Origin: Octopus sinensis
Taxonomy: Eukaryota
DNA length: 64,000 nt
Direction of reading: 5' to 3'
NCBI RefSeq assembly: GCF_006345805.1
Contig: NC_042997.1
Span: 92,752,001-92,816,000, forward strand
Position 1 is the first letter of the stretch. The number at the start of each line of letters is the position of its first letter. Below, piece by piece: positions 1 to 13,640 of this stretch. The translations under genes were made by a program, and so were the position numbers. Below the pieces are notes generated by a model that was not told the DNA's origin, did no database searches, and saw only the letters and a program-made list of their open reading frames with translations.

Positions 1-1109
1 TGATACTATATTTACAAAAATATTACAATTGTAGAACGATTAAAATGTTTTATTTATTTTATCACAAAATTTACAGTAAAACAGAGTTTTCATTCAGTTT
101 CCCAGTCAGTGAGATAAACACCTTATTTTCCTAAATATGTTCACTGTCATTCTCTATTAATCGTTTGACAGCCTTCTATTTGCTTCTCCTTTGTGGGACA
201 GTAAACAAAAGCAATAAGTTCATTATTCGTGCTTGCACGTCAGTATATTTTACACACACACACACACTCATTGTCAGTGGCTAGCAATCTTAAAAATACA
301 ATAAATGATTCATTTCAAACCAAGGCAAATTTCTTTGAACATTCGAAATATATACATATATATGTACCTGTTGTTCGTTGCAAAGGCACGAATATATTTT
401 AGTTATTCAACTAGAGCTGCCAAATTTCACTTAATAAATACGTCAGCGGAAGTAAGAATAGTACTTTCACTAGCCCATCTGTACATTGAATCGAATCCAG
501 TTATTCAACGTTTTAAAGACATTCCACACAACCATCTAGAAACACAAACGCTCATTTTCAGAATAGCAGCTTATGTTAAGTGCCTTGCTTTTATAAATAT
601 CAGACAAATAACTATGTGTTTAGTGTTTTATTTTATAGTGCTGTGTCCATAATCAAAACACTCAAATCTCAAATGGCTTAATCTAGCCATAAATAGGTTC
701 CATATGATAGGAACATGCTACTGTAAGCAGTAATAGCATTGCTAAATTTAACTCCTTAGGGCCTGAGGAAATCTAGTTCTTCACAGAAGACCAGAGTTTC
801 TCAGGCTTCTTGCAGAATCTCACTGGATTCTAGTTCTAATTCCATACTTTATGTGATGGCTGGTGTGCAATAAACCCTTTAGTATTAAATTTAAATGCAA
901 CCATCATCATTGGATATCTACATGAAAGAATAAATCATTCAAAGTAGTAATGTCAAAGTATACAGAAAATATACTGCTCTATAAATATTTAACAAACCCT
1001 ATAATAAGATTAATTATAGGAGAATTGTTCTTTTTTCAATCATCATGCTGTATCATGATCAAGATGCTTAATTCACAACAGCTGTATTCACATTAACATG
1101 AAAACATGC

Positions 1110-1209
1110 NNNNNNNNNNNNNNNNNNNNNNNNNNNNNNNNNNNNNNNNNNNNNNNNNNNNNNNNNNNNNNNNNNNNNNNNNNNNNNNNNNNNNNNNNNN
1201 NNNNNNNNN
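1110..1209. other. Assembly gap (100 N)
   Basis: Run of N between catgc (1105-1109) and the (AT)n array; a fixed 100-N size is typical of scaffolding gaps. Confidence 0.98.
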
Positions 1210-1302
1210 ATATATATATATACATACATATAGATACATACATATAGATACATACATATATATATATATACATACATATATATACATATATATAATATAT
1301 AC

Positions 1303-1349
<47 letters not shown>

Positions 1350-1437
1350 TATATACATATATATATATACATATATATATACATAATATATATATATACA
1401 TATATATACATATATATATATATATACATACATATAT
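1210..1437. repeat. Compound (AT)n/(ATAC)n microsatellite
   Basis: Direct reading; it explains the Y/I/M-rich spurious ORFs at 1068-1815. Confidence 0.95.
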
Positions 1438-1978
1438 AGTGAAGCCATAATCCGTGGTTCCTACCTGGGACGTAGTCAGTCCACCTGTGCATACCTTCCT
1501 TCTTGTGACACTTGTGAAGACCTGTTGAGGCAAGTGAGAATCGAATCGAACCAAATCAAAATAGATGAACATCAATTGAATGTGTATTCTCCTGGTACCA
1601 GTGCCGGTGGCACATAAGAAAACCATCCGAACGTGACCGTAGCCAGTGCCGCAACGACTGGCCTCCGTGCTGAGGGCACGTAACAAACACCATCCGAGCG
1701 TGGCTGTCAGCCAGCCTCGTCTGGCACCTGTGTCGGTGGCACATAAAAAACACCATCCGAGCGTGGCCGTCTGCCAGCCTCGTCTGGCACCTGTGTCGGT
1801 GGCACATAAAATCACCCACTACACTCTCGGAGTGGTTGGCGTTAGGAAGGGCATCCAGCTGTAGAAACACTGCCAGATCTGACTGGCCTGGTGCCACCTT
1901 CGGGCTTGCCAGACCCTAGTTGAACCGTCCAACACATGCTAGCATGGAAAGCGGACGTTAAATGATGATGATGATGAT

Positions 1979-1980
<2 letters not shown>
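1438..1980 (+). mobile_element. RTE-type LINE 3' UTR/tail fragment (young, CpG-intact)
   Basis: Shares cttgtgaagacc..ttgaggcaagt, ggttggcgttaggaagggcatccagctgtagaaac and the tail catgctagcatggaaagcggacgttaaa(tga)n with the reverse complement of the RT-bearing LINE copy at 48811-50545. Confidence 0.8.
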
Positions 1981-2017
<37 letters not shown>

Positions 2018-2018
<1 letters not shown>

Positions 2019-2071
2019 TCCAACCCATGCTAGCATGGAAAGCGGACGTTAAACGATGATGATGATGATGA
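2018..2071 (+). repeat. Second copy of the LINE terminal ~55 bp
   Basis: gtccaacccatgctagcatggaaagcggacgttaaacgatgatgatg repeats 1926-1980 after an (AT)n spacer. Confidence 0.85.
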
Positions 2072-2464
2072 TATATATGCATGTATATGTGTGTGTGTAA
2101 AAACAAGGCACCTGAAATAGTACACAAATTAAACTGTTTTGATACTGTATGAGACTTCATTACTATTAAAAGAAGTCTGGACGGTAAAATAACAACTGTC
2201 ATAACCAGTGAAATTACATGAGAAAAAAAAGAAAAATAAAGAAGTCTTTGGTGATGTCAGTATAGAAAACAGAAATATCTAAGACAAAATTAATAAAAAA
2301 TAAACTATCCCGATATGTAGATGGTTTATAGTCATTTTACGAAAATCAAATTAGGTTGTTTCTTTTGCTTTTTAAATTGCTTTTTAACACGATTAAATTA
2401 ATTATTGAAGCAATTCGTTTTTATAAGCAGATCCCTCTTATCACCACAAAAAAAAAAAAAAAGT

Positions 2465-2692
2465 AATAATGGTTTCAAATTTTGCCACAAAGGCAGCCAT
2501 TTTGGAGAAGGGATGAGTCGATTACATTGACCCTAGTGTTTCACTGGTACTTAATTTACTGACCCCGAAAGGATGGAAGGCAAAGTCGACCTAGGCAGAA
2601 TTTGAACTCAGAATGTAGCGGCAGATGAAATATTGTTAAGCATTTCACCCATGTGCTAATGATTCTGCCAGTTCACCACCTTAATAATAATA
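2465..2692 (-). mobile_element. tRNA-derived SINE, family B (CpG-decayed)
   Basis: Reverse complement has an A-box-like tggcagaatc, a B-box-like gagttcaaattc, a central gtcgactttgccttccatcctttcgggg and an (ATT)n tail; many other copies occur in the window. Confidence 0.8.
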
Positions 2693-2749
2693 ATAATCAT
2701 CAACCAAAGAATGGATGACACCAATATTCAGTGAGGTTGGCTGATGTCA

Positions 2750-2905
2750 GCAATGGTTGGCATTAGGAAAGGTATCCAGCTGTAGAAACTTTGCCAGATC
2801 AGATTGAGACTGGTGCAGCCTTCTGGCTCACCAGTCCTCAGTCAAACTGTCCAACCCATCCCAGCATGGAAAGCGGACGTTAAATGACAATGATGATGAT
2901 GACGA
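2750..2905 (+). mobile_element. RTE/SINE 3' tail fragment
   Basis: ggttggcattaggaaaggtatccagctgtagaaac ... gcatggaaagcggacgttaaatga matches the LINE tail. Confidence 0.75.
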
Positions 2906-3178
2906 CTCCCAAGTGAAATGCGAGTGGAAACTTAATCAGTCAAAATTATACGCCTTAACGATCACAGTAATGACTAGTCAAAAGTTGAATGCTTTCACTT
3001 GAAAGCCACTGTAATATTCCGTAAATTTACAATAAAAACATTTAGGAACCCTAACTGTAAAATATTTACTGTCATTCAGAGACTGATAAAGAGAAGGCGA
3101 GGGTCCAAATAGAGTAAGAAATAGAACAGAGGTCAGGATAAAATAAAAACACAGCAAGATTAGTATAGAATTTTATTG

Positions 3179-4140
3179 TTAGACAATAGTCTCCTCCAAA
3201 CACTCATCTTCCAAGTCAGCATCGTAAGTTTCATCCAAGTCATCGTCATGAAGTAAAAAAAATGGTTCAGCATCAGGCTCCAAATAATCGAGATCAACCG
3301 GGTTGTAGCCAGGTTCTACATTGTCCAACCAGTTCTGCACGCGTTGCAAGCAATCTTCTTCATACACTTGCTCTTCTGTGAGTGATGTGGAATGTCTACG
3401 GTCACGCAGATTGGGGTGTAACATTTGCCAGTGGGTCGAGAAATTGGGAGCAGAAGCTGGAGATCGTAGCGCTGCACGATCAACAGCAGCAGCAGACTCC
3501 AAATCTGAGATGCTTTCATTTGTATTTCCAGGAGTTAGGGGTATGATGATGTGATGAGTGGGCGGTTGCAGGCGATGCATTGATTCTGTACTGCACACTT
3601 TGTCACCAATATTGGTGTTGGTAGCATGTGGAGAAGTGAGTGGTTCACACTCAGTACCATTATGGCTTTCCCAAGGAGGAGGTAAAGAAACCTGCTGTGA
3701 TTCTTGTTCAGCAGCAGCAGAATGAGCTGGCAAGAAAGGACTTTTAGCTGCTTCTTCTTCATGACTCTGTTTGTTTGGGAAAACTGAAAAGATAGAAGGT
3801 CTAGCTAGATTGTTTTGACCCATAGTCAGAGTATCCTCAGGTGATAGGTATGGTGAACCAGTCTCTTTAAGGCGATGATATAGGAAGTTGTTCACCCAAG
3901 ATGGAAACTCAGCAGCCTGAGGTTCATCTTCACCAACGTTCATAACCAACCTACCCGCCAGAGGCTCTTGGACTGACTGTCGTTTCCATGGTAAACTAGT
4001 TTCAGCCAAAGTTTGAAGTGTTTCTTCCTCACCCTGTTCAGGGTTTACCTCTGTAACTTTTTCAGAACACCTCCATGGTAAAGTTTTCTCAGCAATAGTT
4101 TCTCCAGCCACAACAGGAGATGGTGAAAAACACCTCTCTT
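3179..4140 (-). CDS. Last coding exon (D) of an uncharacterised ~623-aa protein
   Basis: Acceptor ttctattgcag at 4141; phase 1 entry (A|AA = Lys) continues in frame into the 310-codon ORF ending EDECLEETIV-TAA. Higher GC and an unbroken frame compared with flanks. Confidence 0.9.
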
Positions 4141-5442
4141 CTGCAATAGAATAATTAATAATATTATTACTACTAGTTTTATTAGAGTTTTAAAATTAAT
4201 AAATTAAATACAGGCAATAAAATAGCAACCAAAATAAATAGTAACATATTTACCAGGAAGGGGAGGCTTGTAGCGAAAACCTAAAGAATCTTTGGTATAT
4301 TCCATGTCATTTTCAGCATTTTCACAGGATTTTGTTGAAACTATAAAAAAAACAACCCAACTTACTAATAAATCATGTAAGTTTAAAATGAAGCACACAA
4401 GAGTTAAGATAAAAAGCATGGGTATTTCATATGGGTTTGGGGGCTTTAAGAATAATACATGAACCAAGTTGATAAAAGAGAGGTTTAAGAATGACTGTTC
4501 ATGGAAATGTTGATGAAATGTTCATATAACAATCTGTAGAAGATTGAGAAGAAATATCTCACCAATTGTACTCTTGTCAAATCTCCATATATTATGCTCT
4601 TCATTAACGTCTCTTCCCAATTTACTATGAGCAGTTTTCCTGTTAAGGCATGGTATTTGATTTGATCTGTTCCTATTCAAATTCTCCACAGTCACATTTT
4701 TATTTCATTACCTCTCTTCCATTTCACTAACACTACTTCTTGTCCATCTCATGCTATCACTACCCTTTTTTAATAATTACTCCATCCCAGTAAACCCTTC
4801 ATCGACATCTGCCACTTTCACTTAATACTGCTCATCTCTATAGCTATCCCTCACTCACTCACTCTTACCATCACCCAACCTTATGGCCATCCTATCAGCT
4901 CATATTTTCTATTCAATTTCCTTATCACCAATCAATACATAGCTAATACTGTTTCTCTCTCACTCCCATTACATTCACACTTGCAACTCTCACCTCCTCC
5001 TCAATCATCGGTTGTTCAGTTACATTTAAAAGAACAGAGATAATGCAGAGCAAAGGGAACAAGAACTCTAGTTTTGCAGGGGCCAAGACAATCTTTAATG
5101 CATCCAAGGCACTCTGTAAAGAGATTGGTGTTAAGAGGAGTAACAAGATTTTGAAACTGTGCCAAAATAGAACACAGAACAGGGTTGGTGATAAGGAGGG
5201 CATCTGATCATAGAAAATCTGCCTCGATAAACTCCATCCAACCCATGCAAGCATGGAAAAGCAGACATGAAAACAATAAGGTTTTAATCACATGAGCAAA
5301 AGCAAAGAAACCAATGATATGATTTTAAGAATAAAGATATTCTAGTGTTATCATTTAAACTAAATATGGAACTAGACCATCATAGCCCTAATAAACAGCA
5401 AAGTGACTATAGATTTCACACAACTCATGCAACAATACTTAC

Positions 5443-5779
5443 TGTTCAGCTGTTCCCATTTTTCTCCCTCCTCACCAGAAACTTCAGCAGAGCAGTTCTG
5501 AAGCTGTTTGGGAGTTGCGAGGAGGTAGTTCCTGGGAGCATCATCTGTTTCATCGTTCAGGTTCTTCAAAAATTTCTCAGTTTGGCCAGCTTCGGAGGAT
5601 TCTACAACTGCCTGCTGATTGATAATTCTGTCTTCTTCAATTTCAACTTCCTCTCTGCCATCATCTTTACAAGGGGAATGATTAGAACACAGCTTCTCTA
5701 GTTGTGTACAAAGTTCCTGGTGAAAAATTGCATAATTTGACTGCCTTGAAGCAGCAGAGTTCTTTTGAAGCTTGGACCA
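5443..5779 (-). CDS. Coding exon C (WSKLQKNS...KWEQLN)
   Basis: Acceptor tttgtgctttcag and donor CA|GTAAGT; 337 nt, phase 0 in and phase 1 out, matching exon D. Confidence 0.9.
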
Positions 5780-7971
5780 CTGAAAGCACAAATGAAAAGA
5801 GAAAAAAAATGAAACAATATCATTACTAAAATTATTAGTCAGAGGAACATTAAAATATATCAATAAAGTATGATACATACATTTTGAAAAACTAATTAAT
5901 AAAGAGAAATAAAACAGTGTATGCATACATACACTCATCTTGAGGCTGTGTGAATCAATGCATATAGCATGAAACTAAATAGCAAAGAGCTGAATCATCA
6001 ACTGATTCAAAATAAATATAAACCCTACATCATATAGACTACTCATTCCTTTGTTTCTACATAAAAAAAAACCCCCACTATATTTCAAAATGTGAAAGAA
6101 CTTTGAATTACTCAGTATTAACAATTAATTATTAACAAGTAGATATAATAAACATCTACCAATAGATGTAAAACAGCATAAATCTATAATAATAGACTAA
6201 ACAAAGCAATTAGTCAGATAAGAAAATTACTGTAATTCACTGATAAATGTCAGAAATAAAGACAATGAATATTGCTGCAGTTACTGATCTAATGTTGTTA
6301 CTTCTTAGATAATCTATTATAGATACCAACTTTAATTATAATACTGAATGGTACTTTTTGAAACAAAAAGTCAACTGAAAAGCACATCAGTTGCGCATAA
6401 AGATTAAATCAGATAAACCTGCTCTATAACAGAGTATTGCTTTCCTTTAGATTGTAACATTCCATTTAGGATTATCCAAAGAATCCACTGTGAAGCTTCT
6501 GCATGTTTTGATTTATATAGACATGTACACGTTAGTTACACAGTGAAATATTTGTATGATAACCTCCATGTTTTATAGCAAAGAACTTTTCCCCTGATCT
6601 GTGACTTAATTGTGGAAGGATTATATTTTAATGTTACTATAATAATGCAAAAGTTTCAAAGTAACTACTGATAATATACACAATATATTTATGTAAATAT
6701 ATTTTGAAAGATAATAAGCATAATTACATGTACACTTTCAAAATCACAAATGCAATTTTATGAAAAAGTGTTTAAAATCTAAATATTATGAAAATAATTA
6801 TTGCTGAAGAAAAACAATAAAACTATATTTCGGTTAGAAAGCTCATTAAAAATGTATAACACTTGTAACATTAATAGACTGGGATAAAGCATTCACAGAG
6901 AAAACCGCTTCTTTGAGATATATGAATACAATTAATGATAATCAGAAGGTGCACAAGTTATGCATTATTAGGGAATCATTCTTAAGGTCAAGAAAATTAT
7001 TTAAATTTTAAGTAAACTTTAGTTTGTACAACACAGACATATTAATGCAAAACAGAATGTAAATTAGTTGAAAATACATATTATACAATCACCACTATAC
7101 AGAACTATTTGAATATTAATGTAGATATTTTATATTATTGAAAACAAAATTATATATTATGGTAGATGAAATAGTTTTAATGTATGTGATTTAATTTCAA
7201 AGAAATTTATTTACCTATCTTATATCAAAATATATCCAAATGTCTTTACTATTACTTGATAATAATACAAAGAATATACCAGAAAAACTATCTGCATAGA
7301 TAATAGACAAAACTTTATATAAAGAGGGAAAGTTCTATGATGAACATTGGCTGAACATATAGTGGTAGTGATAAGTGTAATAAAACTTTATGGACCCAAC
7401 TGAAAATGATAAAGCGAAAATTATACAACTCTGGATTTTATCTATAAAATAACAGTTTTATAGCATTTTATTGTTGTGCCCGAGTACAGCCAAATGGAAC
7501 AAAACCATGCACCTTAGGCTGAAAAGGGTTAACAGGGATAATATGGCACATATGAAATGTTAACTGTTAGAGGATTGTGAAACATTGCATGGCTTTCATT
7601 GGTGTTGAAGTTGACAATTTATACAAAATAGAAAGTTATATTTGCAGTACTAGAGGGGAAGAAATTACAAAACTGAGCCTGCAATGGCAGATTATAACTC
7701 AAGGAAGATATCTTCTGATGCCATTAATTGACCTGTGCATCACTCCAAATAGTGCTATAGCCCAGTGGAGAAAATTGGTATGTAGTAGTCAAAAGTTGGT
7801 CAGAATCCCAAATACAAAAGTAAATCCCCAATGGATTGGTGCAGAGTCAGAAAGGATAAAGATGAAATGGTTAAAAGAGCTAATTTTATCAAGTACTGCC
7901 TGATAGTAGTAAAAAAAATTGGAACTTATAGGGATTTAGCAATACTTAAGTTATGAACAGAAGCAGAAATA

Positions 7972-8439
7972 CACTAATTACTCGCCATATCATGGTTCAC
8001 CTATCGTGTTCTCAGTACATCACATATTTTTCTGGCTAATATATGTAAATTTATATCGCAGACTCCTAAGTATATTGTAGGTTTCTGCAGCTGATAGGCA
8101 TTTATATTTTTTTAGATGTTAATTATTTCTGTGGCAAAATAAGCATTTTCACACCTAAAAATTAATAAATAAAAATACAGTACAGTGCTGCACTGTATAA
8201 CACCTTAATATACATTAAAACAAAATATGTCGTGTACCATAGATGAGCAAACAAAAAATTGCACATACTGTATGGAAAACGAAACTTGGGAGGCAAATAT
8301 GTTTTGCATTTATAATAAAATAAATATATACAAGTTATAAAAATAATAAAAAATATAGAGTACTCTTTCTACTTTGTAGATTTTCACCTATCGTGGTGGG
8401 GTTTGGGACATAACACCCGCGATAGTCGCGGGACTACTG
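7972..8439. mobile_element. pogo/Tigger-like MITE, longer reverse-oriented copy
   Basis: End acacccgcgatagtcgcgggactactg-TA is the reverse complement of the terminus of the 41089-41289 element; ends are TA-flanked. Confidence 0.65.
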
Positions 8440-9114
8440 TATAACAAAAATTATGTTGATTTCTCTATGTTGATATTGAAACTGAAGGACAACTAAGTAG
8501 GGAAAATATTGTTTTGGTAGCAGAACAATGATTATTTGTTGAAGAAAGAATGAATGATGGAGCTGAAGATGTGTTTGGTAGTGCATTGTTTACTTTCTTA
8601 TCTATCTTGTGACAATTTCAGAGAGTGATTAAAGACTGTTAGCTTACCTAAGTATCCTCCCATCTTTTGAAGCCAATTTTTAAAATTATTTTTATCATTT
8701 GTACAGGGATGTTGTATTTATTGGGAAAGTATTTAAGATACTTGAAAGAGTGAGGGATTTAATTGAACAGATGGAGAATTATATTTGTTGTATATTGGGA
8801 GATTTAATGATGTTAGACTTAAAACTTGTTAAAGAGTTAATCTGCATTAAAGTGCTAATTAACTGACATATTGAACAGGAAAGCTTGAGAGTGATGATGA
8901 TGATGATGCTAAGTCCAGAGAGATGGATAAAGCATGTTACAATAAGTAAAAAGTTAAATTTAAGTGTTTGAGAATTGATTAGGCTTATTAGGAAGTTTGG
9001 TATAAGCAGGTATATTCTTTTAGAGTAGGAAAAGTTTCATTTGGCTTGTGAGTGGAATGAGATAATCCAAGAAAGAATAATGGGCTTTAAAGTCTCAGAA
9101 CAGAATTAACATGG

Positions 9115-9552
9115 CATGGCTATAAGCATTGATGAAGCTGTATGGTTTCTCTCCCAATCACATGGTTCCGGGTTCAGTCCCACTGTGTTATAACTTGGGC
9201 AAGTGTCTTTTACTACAACCCTGGACTGACCAAAGCCTTGAGTGGATTTGGAAGATGAAAACTTAAAGAAGCTCATCATATCTCCCTTTATACATATAGT
9301 GTGTGTGTGTGTGTGAGTGTGTGTATATGTGTTTGAGAGAGAGAAAGTGCATGTATGTTTGTGTCTCCTTGTGTTGATATTGTGCGATAGTTATAAAATG
9401 AATGTCACTCATTCCCAATATTCTATGGGAACATGTCTTGGAAACAGGTGAGGTTAGGCAACAGAAAGGGTACCCAACTGTAGAAAATCTGCCTCAATAG
9501 ACTATCCAATCCATGCAAGCATGGGATAATAGGAGATTAAAATGAAGATGAT
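9115..9552 (+). mobile_element. tRNA-SINE family A with RTE-type tail (decayed)
   Basis: Head ggttccgggttcagtcccactg, core ccaaagccttgagtggatttg, tail ccatgcaagcatgg...ttaaaatgaagatg. Confidence 0.7.
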
Positions 9553-11569
9553 GAAAGAAAATCACTGGTCCATAATGTAGATGCAATTTGGAAAGTTCAG
9601 TGATAAAGCAATACAAGTAGATGGAAAAATAATCTTCCAGCAACAGTAACTGGGAATATTATTTTCTACATCTAGTTATGCTATCTATGAGGAACAAGAG
9701 GCATACATAACATCAGACTCCAAATTTGGGTTGTATGTCATGCAGAGAGTGTCATTTAGCTCCAAGTCACTGCTGATCCTTCTGTGACCATCTTACCTTT
9801 TAGTATATCTAAGATCACACTGTACAATGTTGTCTCCTTTTTTTAAACTAGTATGGGATTTGAGGAAAATTTAGCTGCTATTACTAACAGGACAAACAAC
9901 CACAAAGAGGCTCCTTAGCTTGTGTGGAGAATCTAGATGGGATAAGTGAGGTATATGGTGAAGAAAGTGTGAAAGATTTTCTTTTCATTCTGCCTTCATC
10001 ATACACATCTTTCAGCAAAAGAAATTACGAGAAGTAGAAATGAGGTTGGGGAAAATTATCCAATGTTCATTGCAAGGAAACCATATTTTCTTATAGTTTC
10101 TTCATGAAAAATTAAAAATATTAGAACTCATATCCAACATATCAAATCTTTCAAAAAGTTAGTATTTTCTTTTTCTTCCTCAAATACACTTAAACATTTA
10201 TCCTAAGTCTTCCAACTGAAGATGTAATATATAAAGTCAATAGCAGAACAATGGTAAAATGGATCCTGCTAATTTGTTGTAAATAGCATTCATTGGTAAA
10301 TTAAATAAATTCCTAACTCATTAAATTAACATGTAAATGGCTTAGTTACATGTATACCCTAATTCTCCAAATGAAACAGTGTGAATGTGTGAGACAAGGC
10401 TGGACTTTTGACTTACAGTACAGTCCATCCAATGGGCTTTGATACAGTTTCCATCTACCCAATTTCACTCACAGGGCTTGGTGAAATCCAAGGTTATGGT
10501 AATAGACACTTGCTAAAGATACCATGCTGTAGGATTGAACCAAGAACTTAATTGTAAAACAAACTTCTCAACCATTAACCATAACTACATCCACAATAGT
10601 CCTGTATACTAAATGAGAAGCTGTGTTGTTGTTGTCATCCTTGCCCACTACACTAACTTGGATTTTGGTGTACTCCAGTTAGTTGGTGAACCCTTGGCTT
10701 TGTATAAATTTCTATTGCATAATAAAATTTGTACCTACAGACAGAGACATAAACAGAGGATGTGTTGGAGCAGCTGAAGTATATTTGCTGTATACAGAAA
10801 TGTATACAGCAAATATTTCCTGTAGACTAATGGTGGGATGCAATGTAATGTTGATGCTGACAGACAGGAATTGAACTTGGTCATTAATCAATGAAATTAA
10901 TTACTGCTCAGTGTGTTACTATCAGTGCCACCCTTACAGACTGGTTAATAATATCACAGTAAATTGTATTAAAATAATAGTAATAATAATGATTTCAAAT
11001 TTTGGCACAAGGCCAGTAATTTCAGAGAGTGAGGTTTAGTTGCGTGATTATATGGTTTATGATTTAAGTTTGCATGCTTTTGAAATAACAAAGGATTGAA
11101 GTTAAACATAGTTTCATATTATATATTTGAGAGGATTAATAAAGTTGGTTGATTAGTTATCATTAGTCATGTTCATACATCTTGCAAGAAGCAAATCAAT
11201 TCTATAAATGTTTCCCCAGCACAGTACAGCAAGTGAGCTTGCAAGTTAATAATCTAATTGATCAATGATTATCATATCAATTTTTAAAAAAAACAATAAC
11301 ATGATAAACAGTTTTGCAACAGAATTGTATCAGTTAAATTAAACCTAGAGATTTTACTTCAACATGAACATGTAATAAGGTGGCATGTAGTTATTTCCAT
11401 GTATGTTTATGAATCTTCAGCTGACCTTTATTTACATCTGTAAACAGATTTAGGTATTTAATACGAGAGTGTAATTATGGAGGATACTATCAGTAATAGA
11501 TAATGATATTTCTAGAGCACTGTCAATTCATCTTAAAATTAAAATAGAGAAAAATGTCCATGAAAAGAA

Positions 11570-11935
11570 TAAATTGAGAAAAAAAAAATATGAGGGAGGG
11601 AGGGAAGAAGGAGGAGTGACAGTGCAGAACACAAAAGCAAGTGAGGAGGAATAAGAGAGAAGTAAATGAGAGACAGAAGAGAGAGGGAGAGAGGGAAACA
11701 AGAAAAATTAAGAGAGGAGCAAATAAGGAGGAAAGGAGATAAGGAAGATAAGAAAAAGGGAGGAAAAGCAGCAAAAGAGAAAGAGAGAAAGAAAAATAGA
11801 GGGAGATAAGGAGAAGAAAAGTGAAACAGAGAGTAACAGACAGAAAGTAAAATAAAGAGTGAGAAAGTGAGTGAAACAGAGAACGAATGAGAGAAAGATA
11901 GAGAGCAAGAAAGGAACAGAAAGAAAGATCAAATT
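11570..11935. repeat. Polypurine (GA-rich) low-complexity tract
   Basis: About 370 bp of mostly A/G on the + strand; it generates the F/L/S-rich spurious ORFs 11523-11957 and 11708-11932. Confidence 0.85.
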
Positions 11936-13191
11936 CCAGTACTAAATGGACAAGCATAGTTAAAACAAGATTTCAACATTAAGTTCATTTTCTGACATTT
12001 ACAAGAAGCTGACATTGAGCAAGTCAACTTACCCATGCAGGACATATATAACGTAGAGGTCCAAATGAACACATTAAATAAGCTAGGAGTTGAATGATGC
12101 ACTGGTCAGCAGCAGCAAGAGCTAGACAGCAACTTTTAGTAAACAGAAGTGATAATCATCACTAACGGACACTTTAACCATTTGTTGTATATACTATATA
12201 CTGACTGCTAGCAGTGAAGATGACAGATGTAGTCTTCAAACACTTCACGCATTTAGCAGCAGCTAGAGCACTTAGATATGTACTGAAATTAGTTGTTGTA
12301 AGCAGATGGCCCAAGGCCAAGCTTATATAGCCTCCTTCACAGAAGCAGTAGGAGGAGAAATAAAATCTTCAACTGGTTATATAAATGATAGAGCATTGAG
12401 AATAGATGTTTCCGTAGTTTATTGACTACACAGCTTTCAGACAATGACAAATAATAATGCAAGTACATATTACATATGACTGGAAAACACAGAGCTGTCT
12501 GTGTGCAGTTCTATTTCATTTATGCTCCTGGGGCTGAACATAATTTTTATTAAGGAAAAATAAATGGACACTATATAAAATATTCAGGCATGTTTTCTGA
12601 AAGAGTGCAATATCGTATGTTGATGATATGGTGCTAAGTACATATATAGTATTTTTAAAAATTAGTCTGAGGAGAAGGAGGAATTTCATTAGAAATATGG
12701 GAATACATGCGAAAGAGGTTAGAGCTTTGACTCATAGGTTAGAGAAAAGGCAAAAGTAAAGTGTGAAGAAAATTCCAGATAGATGGTGGTTCTAGCAAAT
12801 AAATGGAAGGGATCATGATGTGTACTTGTTTTTAGTTAATAAGTGTGGAAGAGTGGTGTATGAAACTGTCTGATGTATCAATGTTTGGTGTAAACATAAT
12901 CAATGATAATTATGTGTAATTAAAAATAAAAGCTTTGGCATAGATTATAGACAATTAATTGATACCAATCAGTCCAACATGTTTCCTGATACTATAACAG
13001 CTGTGCAATCCTAAAGTACTAAGGTGATATATATAAAAACACTGAATAAAATCCTGATACAAATTAAAATTGTCTTTTCTTTCTAGAATGTTTCAAAAAG
13101 TGCTTGTAACCTGAGAAACACCAACATTATAATCTCCATGTTGTTATCTTGAGACAAAGAGTGATCTATAATAATCCACTTGCTAACTAAT

Positions 13192-13563
13192 ATACTCTTT
13201 TACTCGTTTCAGTCATTTGACTGTGGCCATGCTGGAGCACTGCCTTTAGTCGAGCAAATCAACCCAAGGACTTATTTTTTGTAAGTCTTGTGCTTATTCT
13301 ATCGGTCTCTTTTGCCGAACCACTAAGTTACGGGGACATAAACACACCAGCATCAGTTGTCAAGCGATGTTGGTGGGACAAACATACACACACACACATA
13401 TATATGACGGGCTTCTTTCAGTTTCTGTCTATCAAATCCACTCACAAGGCTTTGGTCGGCCTGAGGCTATAGTAGAAGACACTCGCCCAAGGTGCCACAC
13501 AGTGGGACTGAACCCGGAACCATGTGGTTTGTAAGCAGGCTACTTACTACACAGCCACTCCTA
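13192..13563 (-). mobile_element. tRNA-SINE family A, near full length
   Basis: Reverse complement reads gtggctgtgtagtaagtagcctgcttac...ggttccgggttcagtcccactg...cagtcaaatgactgaaacgagtaaaagagta; similar copies at 22584, 39031 and 45204. Confidence 0.9.
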
Positions 13564-13640
13564 CAATAATATGTAAAACATAATCAGTAAACTCAGTTTC
13601 TGTATATATTCTAAGTAATGAGAAGTAATACATTTCTTAC

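Noticed and set aside
1068-1815. Several ORFs of 110-240 aa
   Set aside because: They are translations of the (AT)n array, the N gap and the LINE 3' UTR repeats.
11523-11957. Hydrophobic 144-aa ORF that looks transmembrane
   Set aside because: Antisense reading of a polypurine low-complexity tract.
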